Positions 13,301 through 28,046 of a stretch of DNA of 64,000 nt are shown here, in pieces (position 1 is the stretch's first letter; each line of letters opens with the position of its first letter). A program made the translations under genes and the position numbers. Under the pieces are notes generated by a model that had not been told where the DNA came from, ran no database searches, and worked only from the letters and a program-made list of their open reading frames with translations. The stretch spans positions 30,380,001 to 30,444,000 of the forward strand of contig OX597821.1 in the NCBI GenBank assembly GCA_951406725.2, read 5' to 3'. This DNA comes from Octopus vulgaris. Lineage: Eukaryota.

Positions 13301-13943
13301 GTAAATAAGAAAGAGAGAAAGATTGAAGAGTTAAAGAATGGTTTTCAGCAAAAGAATGAAGTACATGTTAGGTAAGTCAATGATGGACTCTGAGATGAAA
13401 GACAACAAAAATATTAACGGTACGGATTGATGTAATGGCAGGTAGAAATTGTAGGGTGATGATGATGATGATGATGATGATGATGGTGAGGATGGTGATG
13501 ATGATGATGGTGAGGGTGATGGAAAAGGAGTGTGGAAGTAAATATATAATCCCCCAAAATAAAGATTGCTGCAATAAACAAATCACTTCTAGATAAATAT
13601 AATAAATCAATGCTATATAGAGAGAGAAAAAAAAGGAATGAAACAAAGACAGGGAGACGGAGTTGAAAGGATGAAGAAAGCATAGGCTGGGAGACGAAGA
13701 AAGAGAGAAAGAAGAAAGGGAAAGGAAGTGAGATTTAACAAACGTATCAGTGTTTATTGCACGAATTCGTGAAAAGAGAGAGAGGGAGAGGGAGAGAAAG
13801 AGGGAGTGAGAGAAGAAAAATGTGTTACGTTTAGGAGAATAAGATTAAGAGGTACATGCGCAGACAACGCAAGGGAGATAAACATTTCAAAGGAAGAAAC
13901 TGAATAAAACAACTTCCTGCTGTTGCAACTGCTGCTGCTGCTT

Positions 13944-13998
<55 letters not shown>

Positions 13999-14185
13999 AC
14001 TCACTACCACCATCACCACAACTGATTAATGCATATATTCTAGCGTATACATGTGAATATATGCATATATGTATAAGAATATGTACGTGCAAATATTTCA
14101 CGTGGGTATACGTGTGTATGCGCGTGTATGTGTCTATATACACACATATTTATAGATATATGTATAAACGTGCGAACACTAAGGC

Positions 14186-14223
<38 letters not shown>

Positions 14224-14381
14224 TATATATAATACATGTGTATATACATGAATATATATATATAACCATATATATGTATATATAGTTTTATATACATATA
14301 CACATCTTTACAATATATTTGTATATATATGTATATATATGTGTATATATATATATATAATATGTATATGTATATATATAT

Positions 14382-14428
<47 letters not shown>

Positions 14429-15414
14429 TATATACATATGTACATATATACATATGGAATATTCTAACATGCTAGTGTAATTGTGCACAATTAGTCAAAT
14501 ATGTTGCAACATGCTCAAATCCATATATGCACAAATGCAGCAGTGCACATAAGCGCTTAAACAGATACGCATATACAAACACACAGACATACAGACACAT
14601 ACACACACACAGGCACACACACACATACACACACTTATACGTGAACACGCACACACATATTACCGCCTGTTACCACTCTCACTAAACAGACATACATACA
14701 CACACACTCACACACACAGACACGCACACTCACACTCACAAATACGCTTACACACGTCGACACACAACCGCATATGAATATAATGCGACAATGAGAAGTG
14801 CAGCAAAGTAGAATGATGGCAGAAAACACAAAGAAAATGGAATTAAAAGAAAGAGACAAGGAGAGGAAGAGAGGGGGAGAAAGAGGAGGAAGGAGAGAAA
14901 GAGACAAATAGATACAAAGAACTGGTAAGGGAGAGTAAAAGGATAAAAGAAGACGCAATGTATTGTATTAATTCTTTACTGTCGGAAACGGAAGTTGCAG
15001 AACGGAAGTCAAATCTTTTAGAGAGAAAGCGTATTTTTTTTCCTTTCTCTCTCCCCTCCTTTTGCTGCATATATATTTATATATGTTGTATTAATTTTAT
15101 ATTCTTCAATTTTTTTTTTATACTTTGCCTATATGTTGCCTTAATTTGTCGCTTACAGTCCTATGTACAATTTATTCAGAGCTGAGCAAATGTAGCTTCT
15201 CTTCTTATAAGCAGCAATTAATATGTATTTTCTTTCTTTCTTTTTATCTTTATACTTCTTTTATGTCTAAATGTTTGTAATACTGGTTCAGGAAGAATTT
15301 GTATAAGAAGGCTCCTCTCAGTAGCGAAGAATCTCGTTTTACAGATTGGTGGATTGATCGATCCATATTCAACTAAACGCAAGTATACATGATCGTGCAT
15401 GCAGATAGATATAT

Positions 15415-15450
<36 letters not shown>

Positions 15451-15559
15451 AAACACACACAATCACACACATAAACACACACACACGCACACATATAATG
15501 AAATTAAGATCAGGACAACAGAGATATGTACGTCCAAGTTTTATTCTACAGTTAATCAT

Positions 15560-16100
15560 ATTCTTCTTTGTTAAGACCTACGCACGTTTCTGCTGCAAGC
15601 CAGTGCATTTTGGTGTTAATTATCGGTGCAACTTGGTCTCACGCTCAACTGCACCCCACACGTAATGAGCAAGGGGGTTACAGTCTGAAGTTAGGTGGCC
15701 AGATGTTAGGGGTTATGATGTCGCAGAAATTGTTCGACAGCCTTGACTGGCTTCTGTGGCATGGTGCAGAGTCCTGTTGTCAGATATAGGTCGTTTCAGC
15801 AGCCGCCCTCTTGACCCAGAGAAGTACTACCTCTGCCAAGTACTTGATGTAGGGCTCCGTGTTGAGTTTGAGGCCATGTGGGAAAACGAATGGCGGTTTA
15901 ACATCGCCATCACTGGTGATCACTCCAAACACCATGATGTTGACTGGTTGTTTGATTTTTATTTCTTTCGGTACATGTACTCAGATTGCACAGTCCTTAG
16001 ATTGACTCCGACAGATTCCGAAATGTTCGTTTTGGACCCTCCGGTGCCAATGCCAACCAGTACAGCATGCCGTTTCCAAATTTCTGGTAGAGTGAATTGC
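15560..16100 (-). mobile_element. Tc1/mariner (maT/DD37D-like) transposase remnant
   Basis: HIMVFGVITSDGDVKPPFVFPHGLKLNTEPYIKYL..*QQDSAPCHRSQ..IWPPN./DCNPLAHYVWGAVERETK. Confidence 0.8.
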
Positions 16101-16671
16101 GTAATGGTGCTGTTTTTCTCAAAGAATGTGCCTAAATAACACTAGAATTCTGTGTAGTGGACAAAATCAAAAATAAACAATGTGGATACATGAAATCAGA
16201 AATATAAAAGAAGACCACTTACCCATGGCTTCCCGTATATATATAACTAATCAAAAGGTTGGATTATTGGCAGTTAGATCGTAAAGGCAATATTAACAAA
16301 CGCCACGAAAGGGACGGATGGTGCTGGTCAGCACCGATTGTGCTGAGATAAGAGTTAAAATAACTCTGAAGTTATTACATCGTTTAGAAAATCAGCATAT
16401 GATTTAAACAGTTTGTCTTATATTATGGTTAACAGAGTAAGTTGAGTTTAACCCTAGACATTAAAAGCTACTGATGAGTATTAAGGTGTCCTACAGCAAG
16501 ATTTGATATCGTGATACGGCTTTGTATGCTAGGGACGTACAACCCTTTGTCAGTCATTAAATTAGTGCTTTTAATGGCTTTAGAGTTAATTTAACTTAGC
16601 ATAATAGGTGCTGCTAACTCCCTACATAATTATTTCGACATACCTACATATTTCGTTATGCCCACAGGCAG

Positions 16672-16850
16672 CTAAACATAGTGGGGACAGATAAGGACAG
16701 AGAACGGGATTAAGTCGATCACATCAACACCAGTGCGTAACTGGTACTTGTTTAATCGACTCCGAAAGGATGAAAGGCAAAGTCGACCTCGGCTGAATTT
16801 GAACTCAGAACGTAACGGCAAACGAAATACGGCTAAGCATTTCGCCGCCC
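16672..16850 (-). mobile_element. Nin/Deu-domain SINE (5' truncated)
   Basis: Same core as 8354-8590 in reverse. Confidence 0.85.
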
Positions 16851-16934
16851 CGTGAATACCTACATACAGATATATGTAGGTATGCAAACCTACATACACG
16901 TTATCTGTCTGTTTATCTATCTATCTATCTATCA

Positions 16935-17003
<69 letters not shown>

Positions 17004-17016
17004 ATTTCTCTCTCCC

Positions 17017-17067
<51 letters not shown>

Positions 17068-18507
17068 TTATATATATATATGTGTATATATATTAAGATA
17101 AAACTTACTTAGAAATGGATGCGTGCGTTCCGTCATATAATAACAAATTAATAAATAAAACATATGCATATATACATACATATATGTACGTACATACATC
17201 TATATGTATATATACATGCATATATGGGTACTGGACACCAAAAAATATCGAACACAATGAGAAACGAAAACATAAACACAAAATCAAGGAAATGGACATT
17301 TTTCTTAAACAACGAAAAAATAGAGTACAAGACATACAATACAAGGAACATTCCTCTTCTTCAGCCGCGTCTGTTTCATCTACTCCTCATTTCGAAGGTA
17401 AAGGAGAGACACGACTTCATGAAACAATCCTTCCTGCAAAAGCAAATTAAATAAAATTTGAGATTTTTTGCGGAGGGGTAAAAGTGGTAACAAAAATAGG
17501 ACAGTAAAGACAGTACAAAATATAAACAGTAAAATATAGTACAAGGAGAATAACAGTAGCACGAACATGGAGGTGTGTTAAGCCAGAACGAAAGAAAAAA
17601 TATTTTTAATGCTTTGAAAACGGCTAGAGAGACAGAGAAAGCCGTCCACACTTGAAGGTCAGAAAGACAGTAGTAGAGGGAGGAGGAGGAGGAGGAGTAA
17701 GAGAAAGTGATATGTATATAAATATGTATCTGTGTGTGTGTTTGTGTGTATGTATGTATGTATGTATGCATGTATGTATTCACATACAATGTAGCTCGCT
17801 TGTCATACTGCATAGGCATAACAATTAATTTATAAGTACGATTTGCTCCTGTTTCATCCGAAAATTGAAAATGTGTACACGCTCAGAAAGGTGTTGCAAT
17901 ACACAGATCTGCGAGTGTAGTTCGTTAAATGAAATATTCGGAGTACAGTAGAGAGAAATGCTACCTTTAAATAAATGAATTACTGAGTTGCCGCATGTAT
18001 TGGGTATGTAAGTTTTGTTCATGAGAAAGAGACAACTACTTGAAAATAAAAAGAATAATAATTTAGAAAATAAATAGCATATAATGGACAATGTAATAGA
18101 AATAATGTAATCTAGAACAGACAGCGTAAGACAAAATACATTTTATATTGGCTTAATCATTCGTTGAGCAGAGTGTTTCAGGGAAGTTGTGCAGGGTCAA
18201 TAAGTCAGTGGTCTCTAGACTAAAACTACGCTCTCCGAAGAAATCGATTCCACTTTTGGTGTTTATAATGTGCAAATGAGTTGTCAACAACTATACAGAG
18301 CACGAACTTGTTTATATACCTACGGGGTAGGTAAATTCTGTTATGCAGTAGATGTTTATACAGGTCCAGTTGTCATCAACTGAAGTTCTAGACAATAACC
18401 CAGTGAGCATAGTGGCAGGGATAATAACAACAGTTATAGCTTCACTTATGATATACATGCATAGATACATACTTACATATATGTATGTGTATGTATGTAT
18501 ATGTATG

Positions 18508-18556
<49 letters not shown>

Positions 18557-18872
18557 GTATGTATATATGCATATACGTATATGCATATATATGTGTGCGT
18601 TTGTGTATGCATGTATGTATGTATATGTATATATATATATATATATGTGTGTGTATTTGTACACATTTATAAAATTTATGTATGGTGTGCCGAAAGACAA
18701 CGGCGTAGAATTGGTGTGGATTGTGCTGAACAGTCCGGTTACCATTTCTACTGCATTCGTTTATTCTCAAAGGTTCGGTCATACTGTTTACTACATTCAA
18801 AGAAAAAGAAAGAGCCGAGTCAGTGATATATATATATATGTATATATATATATGTACATATATATATGAATA

Positions 18873-18939
<67 letters not shown>

Positions 18940-18941
<2 letters not shown>

Positions 18942-19250
18942 CCCAGTGGTTAAGGCAGCAGCAGCGAATTCGCTGTTGGAGGATCGCGGTTTCGATTACC
19001 AGACCGAGCGTTGTGTGTGTTTATTGAGTGAAAACACTTAAAAGCTCCACAAGGCTCCAGCAGGGGGTGGCGGCAACCCTGTTGTACTCTTTCGCCACAA
19101 CTTTCTCTCATTCTCTCTTACTGTTTCTTGAGTAACGCTGCGATGGACTGGCGTCCCGTCCAGCTGAGTGAAACACATACGCCACAGAAACCGGGAAACC
19201 GGGCCCATAAGCCTGGCTAGGCTTGAAAATGGCGACGTTTATCGTCGTTG
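18940..19250 (+). mobile_element. tRNA-derived SINE
   Basis: CCCAGTGGTTAAGGCAGC..GGTTTCGATTACCAGACC..TTTATTGAGTGAAAACAC; same head as 6561. Confidence 0.85.
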
Positions 19251-19699
19251 ATATAGTTATATATTTGTGTTCGTCTAGCAAAATCTCTGCAAAACATTTT
19301 AAGAAAATTGTCTATAAAATGCTATAAAAGTACCAGCAGAGTAAGCTGAGTGAAAATATACCACATCTGCTTTAGAATTATGTAATAAATTCACGTCGTC
19401 ATATTTTGAATAATTTTAAGCATTCTCCTCCTCATTTATATTTTCTGAGATCCTTCCTAAATTTATGTGTGTCCCACGAATCGTTTCGGCTATCTCCTGA
19501 AATATGATGCCCTTATTCTGATATAATATCGAAAAAAATGACATTTATGCATTATGAATATTATAGCCGCTCGAGTATGTAAAATTGAATTACATAGAAA
19601 ACCATGACAAAGAAGGCAATATGAGGAAAACACACATATGAGGAAAAGATGAAGGAAGTGTACAACAGAACGGCCAGGATAATACTTTTCAAAAATCTG

Positions 19700-21660
19700 G
19701 TTTGAGTGTTATAAATAAGATAGTAGGTATAAATACTCTAGACATTCTTGTTATGCATTACACCTTCAGCATAATAAAATGGAAATTTAGTGAATTGGAA
19801 AGCTTAGATAGAAAGAAAAACAAAACGGAAACTGCTGACAGCGTTGCGAAGATACAATACCAAAGCTAATATACATAGAATTGACCTACCTCTCACACAA
19901 GTTGTGCTGGGTATTATACAAATAGCGAACTATCATAAAATAACACAAGTAAGATAGAAAAATGGAAGCAAGTAAAGGGAAACTGAAAATTACAATAAGG
20001 AAAACAGTTCTTTCTATTCTCCATAAATAAAGACATGAGTAAGAACAAGCGAGGCAACAACTACATTGAAATAATGCAGTCAGAGGAGAACAGCATAACG
20101 TGAAAGGTTGTAAAATAAGCAAATATAAAAATCAAAATGAATTTATAAACTATGTTAACGAAAAACTGAAGAAAAAGAACAAACCCACGGCCAATATCCT
20201 GCAAAGCTCGACAGAGAGGTAATAAACTAAAGTGAAAGCCAACAATTGTTGAAAGCTCTGTTATAATTACAGAAAGGGAATGTCTGATACTAACCACCAT
20301 AAAGCCAGAACTAAGATGATTATATAGTAAAAGGTATTAGCATCAAGTACAAACTACGTAGCAAGTGCAATGAAAAGCTGACCATATTATCTTAGGCAGT
20401 CCGGTCCTTGTCAGGTCCTATATATGTGAACTGGCAAATGTGCAAGAAATGGCACAAAAATTTGCCAAACGGTGCACAACAAAAATTCAATTCTACACGT
20501 CTTAAAAAGAATTCTATAAACTAACGAAAAGGAAGATATGTGACTCGTCTAAATATAGGTATCAAAAACAGGAACAAAGATATACAGGGTTAATAAACAT
20601 CTCATGTGTACTAAACAGCGCGAAATCAAGTCAAATATGTCCAGATTGAGGGACAGGGAAAGTGAAATAAAAAGTTTGTTGCTGATGCCTCAGCATGGCA
20701 AATATATGGCCTGTATCAAACAAGATGCTTTTTACTAGAAGCACACCCATCAGTGACTACCTAGCTTAGGTCTAAAGGCAGAGATCAAAGACTTCAACTT
20801 ATCTGTTGAAGATCAAAACTTATTAACCCGGAACTACCAAACCAATATGATTAAGAATGGAGTAGATACAAAATGCTGATTCTGCAATGAGAAAATTGAG
20901 ACGGCAGAGCTTTAATATTTAGCACCAGTAGACTATAAATCAACATGACGAAGTTGACCAATATCTACACTGGTTAATATATCGGTATCATAAAATCAAA
21001 ACTTTTGACAAGTGGTATGGTTCGAAGGCGACGAACTGGTGGAAACGTTAGCACGCTGGGCGAAATGCTTAGCGGTATTTCGTCTGCCGTTACGTAGTGA
21101 GTTCAAATTCCGGCGAGGTCGACTTTGCCTTTTATCCTTTCGGGGTCGATAAATTAAGTACCAGTTACGCACTGGGGTCGATGTATTCGACTTAATACCT
21201 ATGTCTGTCCTTGTTTGTCCCCTCTATGTTTAGCCCCTTGTGGGTAATAAAGAAATAGGTATGAGCATGACTATTCGGCTTAACTGAGGGAGAAAATGGA
21301 GCGATTCTTTAGGACTTCCCTGTACGTAAAGATTGAATCATTAAAGCAAATAAGGCGGGTATTATTGTAAAAGTTCAAAACATAGTTTGTATTTTGAGTG
21401 AGGTGAGCATTCCTTGTGATCATAATATTGCAGCAACAGAATTTGACAAGCTCAAGGAATATTATAATTTGCTCATTAAAATAAGAAAAAATAAACTGGT
21501 AGCATCTCATGGCAGTTACGGCACCAATAATTATAGGAGTACTTGGAATGTTCAAGAAGGGAACTGAAAATTATTTTTAAATGATCCCTTGTTTACTATC
21601 CCTACAACAAGGGCAAGACATTATTTTAACTGGTACGTTAAAAGCATTAAGAAGAGCAGA
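19700..21660 (+). mobile_element. R4/Dong LINE 3' half, decayed and interrupted by a SINE
   Basis: ELESLDRK..RKLLT, PKANIHRIDLP, HGKY, LKAEIKDFNLSVEDQNLLTRNY..KC*FCNEKIET (CCHC region), HDEVDQYLHWLI, DFPV..IKANKAGIIV, APIIIGVLGMFKKG. Confidence 0.75.
21020..21257 (+). mobile_element. Nin/Deu-domain SINE inserted in the R4/Dong element
   Basis: Full head, core and tail; GGTATG on both sides; the LINE reading (KWY|EH) resumes after it. Confidence 0.9.
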
Positions 21661-22439
21661 GTTGCTCGTCCTCTCTTTTACTCTCTTTTACTTGTTTCAA
21701 CCATGTGACTGTGGCCAAGCTGGAGCACCGCCTTTAGTCGAGCAAATTTAAATTATTTTACATGAATTTAGTTGATTTGGTACATTAACAATCACATACG
21801 CCTGAAACTTTATTTCTATGCCTGGATTATGCATGCATTACATATTTGGCCCCAAACTGTTTATGAGTACCTAGATTCTACAATCTTAACTTTAATCTTT
21901 AAGAAAATTGAAGACGATGGACAAGTCAGTTATGTACATAGCATAAAGTACGAGATATAGTTTCAAGAAAAAACGTTGTGTAAAAAGAACAACATAGGAT
22001 ACAAGTGAAAGTGAGGAAATGAGAGAGAAAGAAAGAGATGTTTGAAAGAAAGAGATGAGCGGAAATATAGATATACTGATGAAATTATAAGGAAAATAAA
22101 ACTAACCAAAAAGAGAAATATGTTGTAAAGAGTGGGATAACGAAAGATAACTGAGCTTTATGGAGAAATGTGTGTTTGTTAATTGGGAGTGTGAAAGCTA
22201 ATAACGTTTGTGAGAATTTAAGTAAAAAGCTGAATGCAGAGATAAAGATGGAAGCATGAAAAATAGTAAGGTGGATGAAGTCTTCTTCAACGAGGTTGAT
22301 GGTTACAAAGAGAAACAAAGAGACTTAAACGGCTTGTGTTTATTACAATATACTTATTTGAAGACGTCTACAGTAAATGATTGAATTATAACGTTTATGG
22401 TGAAGTAAATATACGGAGAGACACATATATATCTCTCTT

Positions 22440-22822
22440 CTTTCTTTTTCTTTTTACTTGTTTCAGTCATTTGACTGCGGCCATGCTGGAGCACCGCCTT
22501 TAGTCGAGCAAATCGACCCCGGCACTTATTCTTTGTAAGCCCAGTACTTATTCTATCAGTCTCTTTTGCTGAACCGCTAAGTGACAGGGACGTAAATACA
22601 CCAGCATCGGTTGTCAAGGAATGCTAGGGGGACAAACACAGACACACAAACATACACACACATATACATATATACGACAGGCTTCTTTCAGTTTCCCTCT
22701 ACCAAATCCACTCACAAGGCATTGGTCGGCCCGGGGCTAAAGTAGAAGACACTTGCCCAAGATGCCACGCAGTGGGACTGAAACCGGTACCATGTGGTTG
22801 GTAAACAAGCTACTTACCACAC
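22440..22822 (-). mobile_element. CORE-like tRNA SINE (third family)
   Basis: Reverse copy of 40154-40528: CTTGGGCAAGTGTCTTCTACT core and GGCGGTGCTCCAGCATGGCCGCAGTCAAATGACTGAAAC tail. Confidence 0.85.
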
Positions 22823-23050
22823 ATCCAATACATACAAACATATATATATATATAGATGGAGCAAGAGGTTTTGTCAGTGAACAGGTCGCGGTCTCAAAGC
22901 GATGAAAATATTTTGACAAATTAAATTTAAATGTTGAAGTGAATCTAACGGTTTTGTGTGTTTCTTAAATGGGTTATAAACACCTTCCACACTGAAGTTG
23001 TTTTCGTTCCAGCACACGATCTCAGATCAAGACACTCGCTATGCAAGCAC

Positions 23051-23203
<153 letters not shown>

Positions 23204-23961
23204 ATGAAACAGTAATTAATTTGATCGAGAGATAAAGCAGAGGAGAAAGAAAAGATATCTCATTAAAACAAACTAAAGAAAAAGAGGAAGTGGAAACATT
23301 TTGCTATGTGTATGTATATATGCGCGTATGAGTACATATGTGTGTGTGTGTTTGTCTGTGCGTGTGTATTGACTGCAGAGAAATTTCTTAATTATCGCTA
23401 AATCAAAAAATACAATAACATATAATGAAGATATGTACAATATTTTGTAGACAAATATAAGTGCAATTTGAAATAATTAAGAAAAAATGTAAGTTTTCTA
23501 ATTGGTGTCTGTCTCTCAATAGCTTTCAGTTTCTTGCAAACTAGTTTTGAACAAAACTTAATTACAAACGGGTGGCGAAAGAACTGTTAAAAGTAAAAGA
23601 GTAACGAAACAGTGAGAGGAAAGGAAACAGAATGTAATGCATCGCAGGAAAACCACTTGATAATGTTTAATGAAGAAAACCAAGTTATTAATGAAAGGAA
23701 ATAATATATATTAAAATGAACTGTAAATAAACAAGACTTACTAGACAATGTGAAAATGACAAAACAAGGAAAAATAATTTTCACTGTTTTGAAAGTACCT
23801 TTGAACAACAGTTAACTACTAGACAACATTTGACAATTAAAATGCTCTAGGCAGGAACAAAATATAAAGTTAACACCGCATCATATTTAGAAGGCGTCAA
23901 GAGTGTTTCAAAATATATCAATGGATTTCAAAGAAAAGCAATCAGATCTATAAAAATGCTG

Positions 23962-24392
23962 GGATCTTTTCGGTTTGAACGGCAGTTTTTAACATAATTT
24001 CTGGGTAACTAAAAGATTTAAAACTTCGTATGCTGGTAGAATGTATTTATAAAACATCTTTTTCTCTTGGCTTTATTGAGAAAATTCTATAGTTTGTAAG
24101 ATATTTGTTGTTTTTTCTTCACTTTCTGCAATTTCAACCAATCAAATACGTCTATTGAGGTAAAAAATATTCTGTGCCGTATGAATATGTCCCACGTTTA
24201 AGAAACAGATTGGATTTATTTACATTTGTGAAGAAAAAAAGACACCCTTGCCCCCACCTAACTAAACCTAACCCTAACTAACCCTAAGCCTAAAACGTTG
24301 AAATGCAATAGATCGATGCTAGATTCATAATTATGGGTGACAATTTCACATGACACCGCTAGAAAACACTGCCGTCCAAATCGAAAAGATTC
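23962..24392 (-). mobile_element. GGATC-MITE copy 2
   Basis: Both TIRs (right one degenerate); flanks AAATGCTG/AAAGGCTG. Confidence 0.93.
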
Positions 24393-24596
24393 AAAGGCTG
24401 TGCATTTAATCCACAGCTCGAATAAAATTTCTTAGGATCCACATATCTTAAAGTTCACTATTTCCTGACTTCAAATTGGTAACTGACATCAAAATGAAGA
24501 ATTTTCATTTGGTGCTCATATATTAAGACCCACAACAGCTGAAATACGAATCTGCAAATCTTAGCGGAAACCACAGTAACGCGCATATATTTGTCT

Positions 24597-24644
<48 letters not shown>

Positions 24645-24729
24645 AAACAGAGGGAAAAGAGAGGGAATAAAAGAACGGGTGTGATGGCGTTTACTTTTTA
24701 CTAAATATCTAAAAGAATATTTTTGAATG

Positions 24730-25177
24730 GGATCTTTTCGGTTTGAACGGCAGTTTTTTCTAGCGGTGTCATATGGAATTGCCACCCATAACTATGACCC
24801 TAGTATCGATCTATTGCATTTCAATCTGTTCTAGGGTTAGGGCTAGTGTTAGGGTTAAGGTTAGGGTTAGGGTTAGGGTTAGGTGTGGGAGGAAGGGTAT
24901 CTTTTTTTCTTCACAAATGTAAATAAGCCCATTCTGTTTCTTAAACGGACATATTCATACGGCACAGAATGTTTTTAACTCAATAGACGCCACTGATTGG
25001 TTGAAATTGCAGAAATTGAAGGAAAAAACAACAAATATCTTACAAACTATAGAATTTTCTCAAGAAAGCCAAGAGAAAAAGACGTTTTATAAACACATTC
25101 TACCAGTATACGAAGTTTAAATTTTTTTAGTTACCTAGAAATTATGTTAAAAACTGCCGTTCAAACCGAAAAGATCC
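24730..25177 (+). mobile_element. GGATC-MITE copy 3 (expanded TTAGGG tract)
   Basis: Both TIRs; flanks TTTGAATG/ATTGAATG. Confidence 0.95.
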
Positions 25178-25223
25178 ATTGAATGTGCAATTGCTCTTAA
25201 AAGTATTCTGTTAACACACTATA

Positions 25224-25347
<124 letters not shown>

Positions 25348-25634
25348 TAACTGATTTAGGAGCAGTAATAAATGTGTACCACAAAGGAAAACTTGTAAAA
25401 CTATAAAAGTCATTAAATAAGACTGATTGGTGTTATAAGCACATTACTAGAAATAGAGCCAAAAGCCCTGATGTTGCAGCAAAGCACATATTTTTGTATA
25501 CATACATACTGACAGGGAAACTGGATTCGGAACAAAAGCAGAAATTTTCCCACACTGAGCGATTAGTTTTGGATTTACACACACAAACACACACACACCA
25601 TATGGTTTGCACAGCGAATTATTTTATATATATA

Positions 25635-26060
25635 GAATCTTTTCGGTTTGAACGGCTGTTTTTTTTACATAATTTCTAGGTAACTAAAAAATTTTAAACT
25701 TCGTATACTGGTAGAATGTGTTTATAAAATATCTTTTTCTCTTGGCTTTATTGAGAAAATTCTATAGTTTGTAAGATATTTGTTGTTTTTTCTTCTTCGA
25801 TTTCTGCAATTTCAACCAATCAATGACCGTCTATTGAGTTAAAAAGCATTCTCTGCCGTATGAATATGTCCCTCGTTTAAGAAACAGATTGGGTTTATTT
25901 ACATTTGTGAAGAAAAAAAGATACCCTTCCCCCACCCCTAACCCTAACCCTAACCCTAAAACAGATTGAAATGCAATAGATCGATACTAGGGTCATACTT
26001 ATGGGTGACAATTTCATATGACACCGCTAGAAAAAACTACCGTTCAAACCGAAAAGATCC
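25635..26060 (-). mobile_element. GGATC-MITE copy 4
   Basis: Both TIRs; flanks TATATATA/TATATTTA. Confidence 0.95.
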
Positions 26061-26389
26061 TATATTTATCCTTGTGAAATATAATTTCACCGACAGTATT
26101 ACAGGAGCATAACAACTTCTTGACATCGCCGTTTCCATTCAAGTTCATTTGTGTAGCTAGTGCGCCTCTTGCTTTGACCTCCATAGTGATTACAAGAAAT
26201 ACATTAATATCAATTTCCTTATTGGTCTTATTATGTAGTTGTACACATAAAGATCTTGCGAGCACTATCTAGAAATTTGATTCTAATATACGAATAAATT
26301 TCAATTCATTTGGATTTATATATTTGGGAAATACATGTAAATTGATAACAATAACCGTTTGATAATCTTTAATATTATATTTAGCATGA

Positions 26390-26585
26390 AGACGGTGAGC
26401 TGGCAGAGTCGATGTTACGGCGGCCAAAATGCTTAGCGACACCTTCTTCGTCTTCACTTTCTGAGTTCAAATTCCACCGAGGTCGAATTGCCTTTCATCA
26501 TTTCGGGGAGCGATAAAATACGTACCAGCTGGACTCTTACCGTTTTCCCGGAAATTTCTGGTCTTGTGCCAAAATTGGAAACCAC
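26390..26585 (+). mobile_element. Nin/Deu-domain SINE, older subfamily
   Basis: GACGGTGAGCTGGCAGA..GCCTTTCATCATTTCGGGGAGCGATAAAATACGTACCAG, with the CTTGTGCCAAAATT tail type. Confidence 0.8.
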
Positions 26586-27402
26586 TGTTATACTGAACTT
26601 CCTCATATACATACATAAATAGACACTCACACACACACACATACACACACACACGTATTTATATATGTATGTATGTATTTATGTATGTATATCATTCACT
26701 TTATTTCAAGATTTCTTGCTAATACAGAAATAACCGTTTTCTAACCTAGATCCAAGACTCCTTCATGGAATTTCAACACCAACAGGGTATGTATGTATGT
26801 ATGTATGTATGCGTGTGCACTGGCCATTGCATTTTAGCAATTGCTGTCCAAATTATACAGTATGTTGTGATACATGTTGCATCTCGAAATGAAAGTTTTT
26901 GGAATTATATTTGCATCAGCAAGAGTAAGAAGGGTGAGATATCAGAAATATTAAATGTTTTCTGAATTCGATCACTGATCGGCCTTATATGAATCAGAAG
27001 TTGTAACTCAAAAAAAACCTAATCTTTCATTGTCTAGTAACGGTGATTCGGAGTGGACTGATTTATCGTGTCCACTCTAGAGCAGTATGTGTTTGTTAAT
27101 ATGTGTTCTCATCGGTATACTTATATATAAGCACGAGCGTTAATATAAATGCAAGATTTGTCTGTGTGAATGTGTGTATGTATTCTTCTCTGCTTTGGCA
27201 GTATACATACTAAAATTGAAATGATACATGATATAGAGAATATTATCATAGCCAAGGAGCAAGGATGATATGATCATTTGTGATACATTACAAATTCTCA
27301 ATATTGCTCTCGTAGCACGGACACAGATTGCAGGCTGAAAAAAATGAAAACTTGAAAGAGGATGAATACAGACTGTCATCAGTAAATATTTTGCCATGGT
27401 CA

Positions 27403-27595
27403 AGGCGGCAAGCCGGTAGAAACGTTAGCACGCCGGGCGAAATGCTTACGTTCTGAGTTCAAATTACACCGAGGTCGACCTAGCCTTTCATCCTTTCGGG
27501 GTCGATAGATTAAGTACCAGTTGCCTACTGAGGTCGATCTAATCGACTGGTCCCCTACACCTTAAATTTCCAGCATTGTGTTTAGAGTAGAAAAG
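27403..27595 (+). mobile_element. Nin/Deu-domain SINE
   Basis: GGCGGCAAGCCGGTAGAAACGTTAGC..GCCTTTCATCCTTTCGGGGTCGATAGATTAAGTACCAG. Confidence 0.85.
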
Positions 27596-27652
27596 AAAAT
27601 TTTGTCATAGTCTAACATGAGATAAATAGTAGAACCCTCAAAGAGCTAATCC

Positions 27653-28046
27653 GGATCTTTTCGGTTTGAACGGCAGTTTTGTAAAATAATTTCCACGTAA
27701 CTAAACACTTTTAAACTTCGTATACTGGTAGAATGTTTTTATAAAACATCTTTTTCTATAGTTCGTAAGATATTTGTTGTTTTTTTCTTCAAGTTCTGCA
27801 ATTTCAACCAATCAATGACGTCTATTGGAGGTGAAAACATTCTGTGCCCGTATGAATATGTCCCTCGTTTAAGAAACAGATTGGATTTATTTACAATTCT
27901 GAAGAGAAAAAGATGCCCTTCCCCCACCCCTAACACTAACCCTAAAACAGATTCAAATGCAATAGATAGATTCCAGGGTCATAATTATGGGTGACAATTT
28001 CATATGACACCACTAGCAAAAACGGCCGTTCAAACCGAAAACATCC
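27653..28046 (-). mobile_element. GGATC-MITE copy 5
   Basis: Both TIRs; perfect 8-bp TSD GCTAATCC. Confidence 0.96.

Noticed and set aside
17330-17450. Minus-strand splice acceptor (TTTTGCAG) and GAAA..CTGAAGA motif
   Set aside because: No convincing donor or reading frame and no closable hammerhead stems; probably a TA-associated repeat.
26044-26265. 73-aa ORF as a host exon
   Set aside because: No recognisable motif or strong splice signals.
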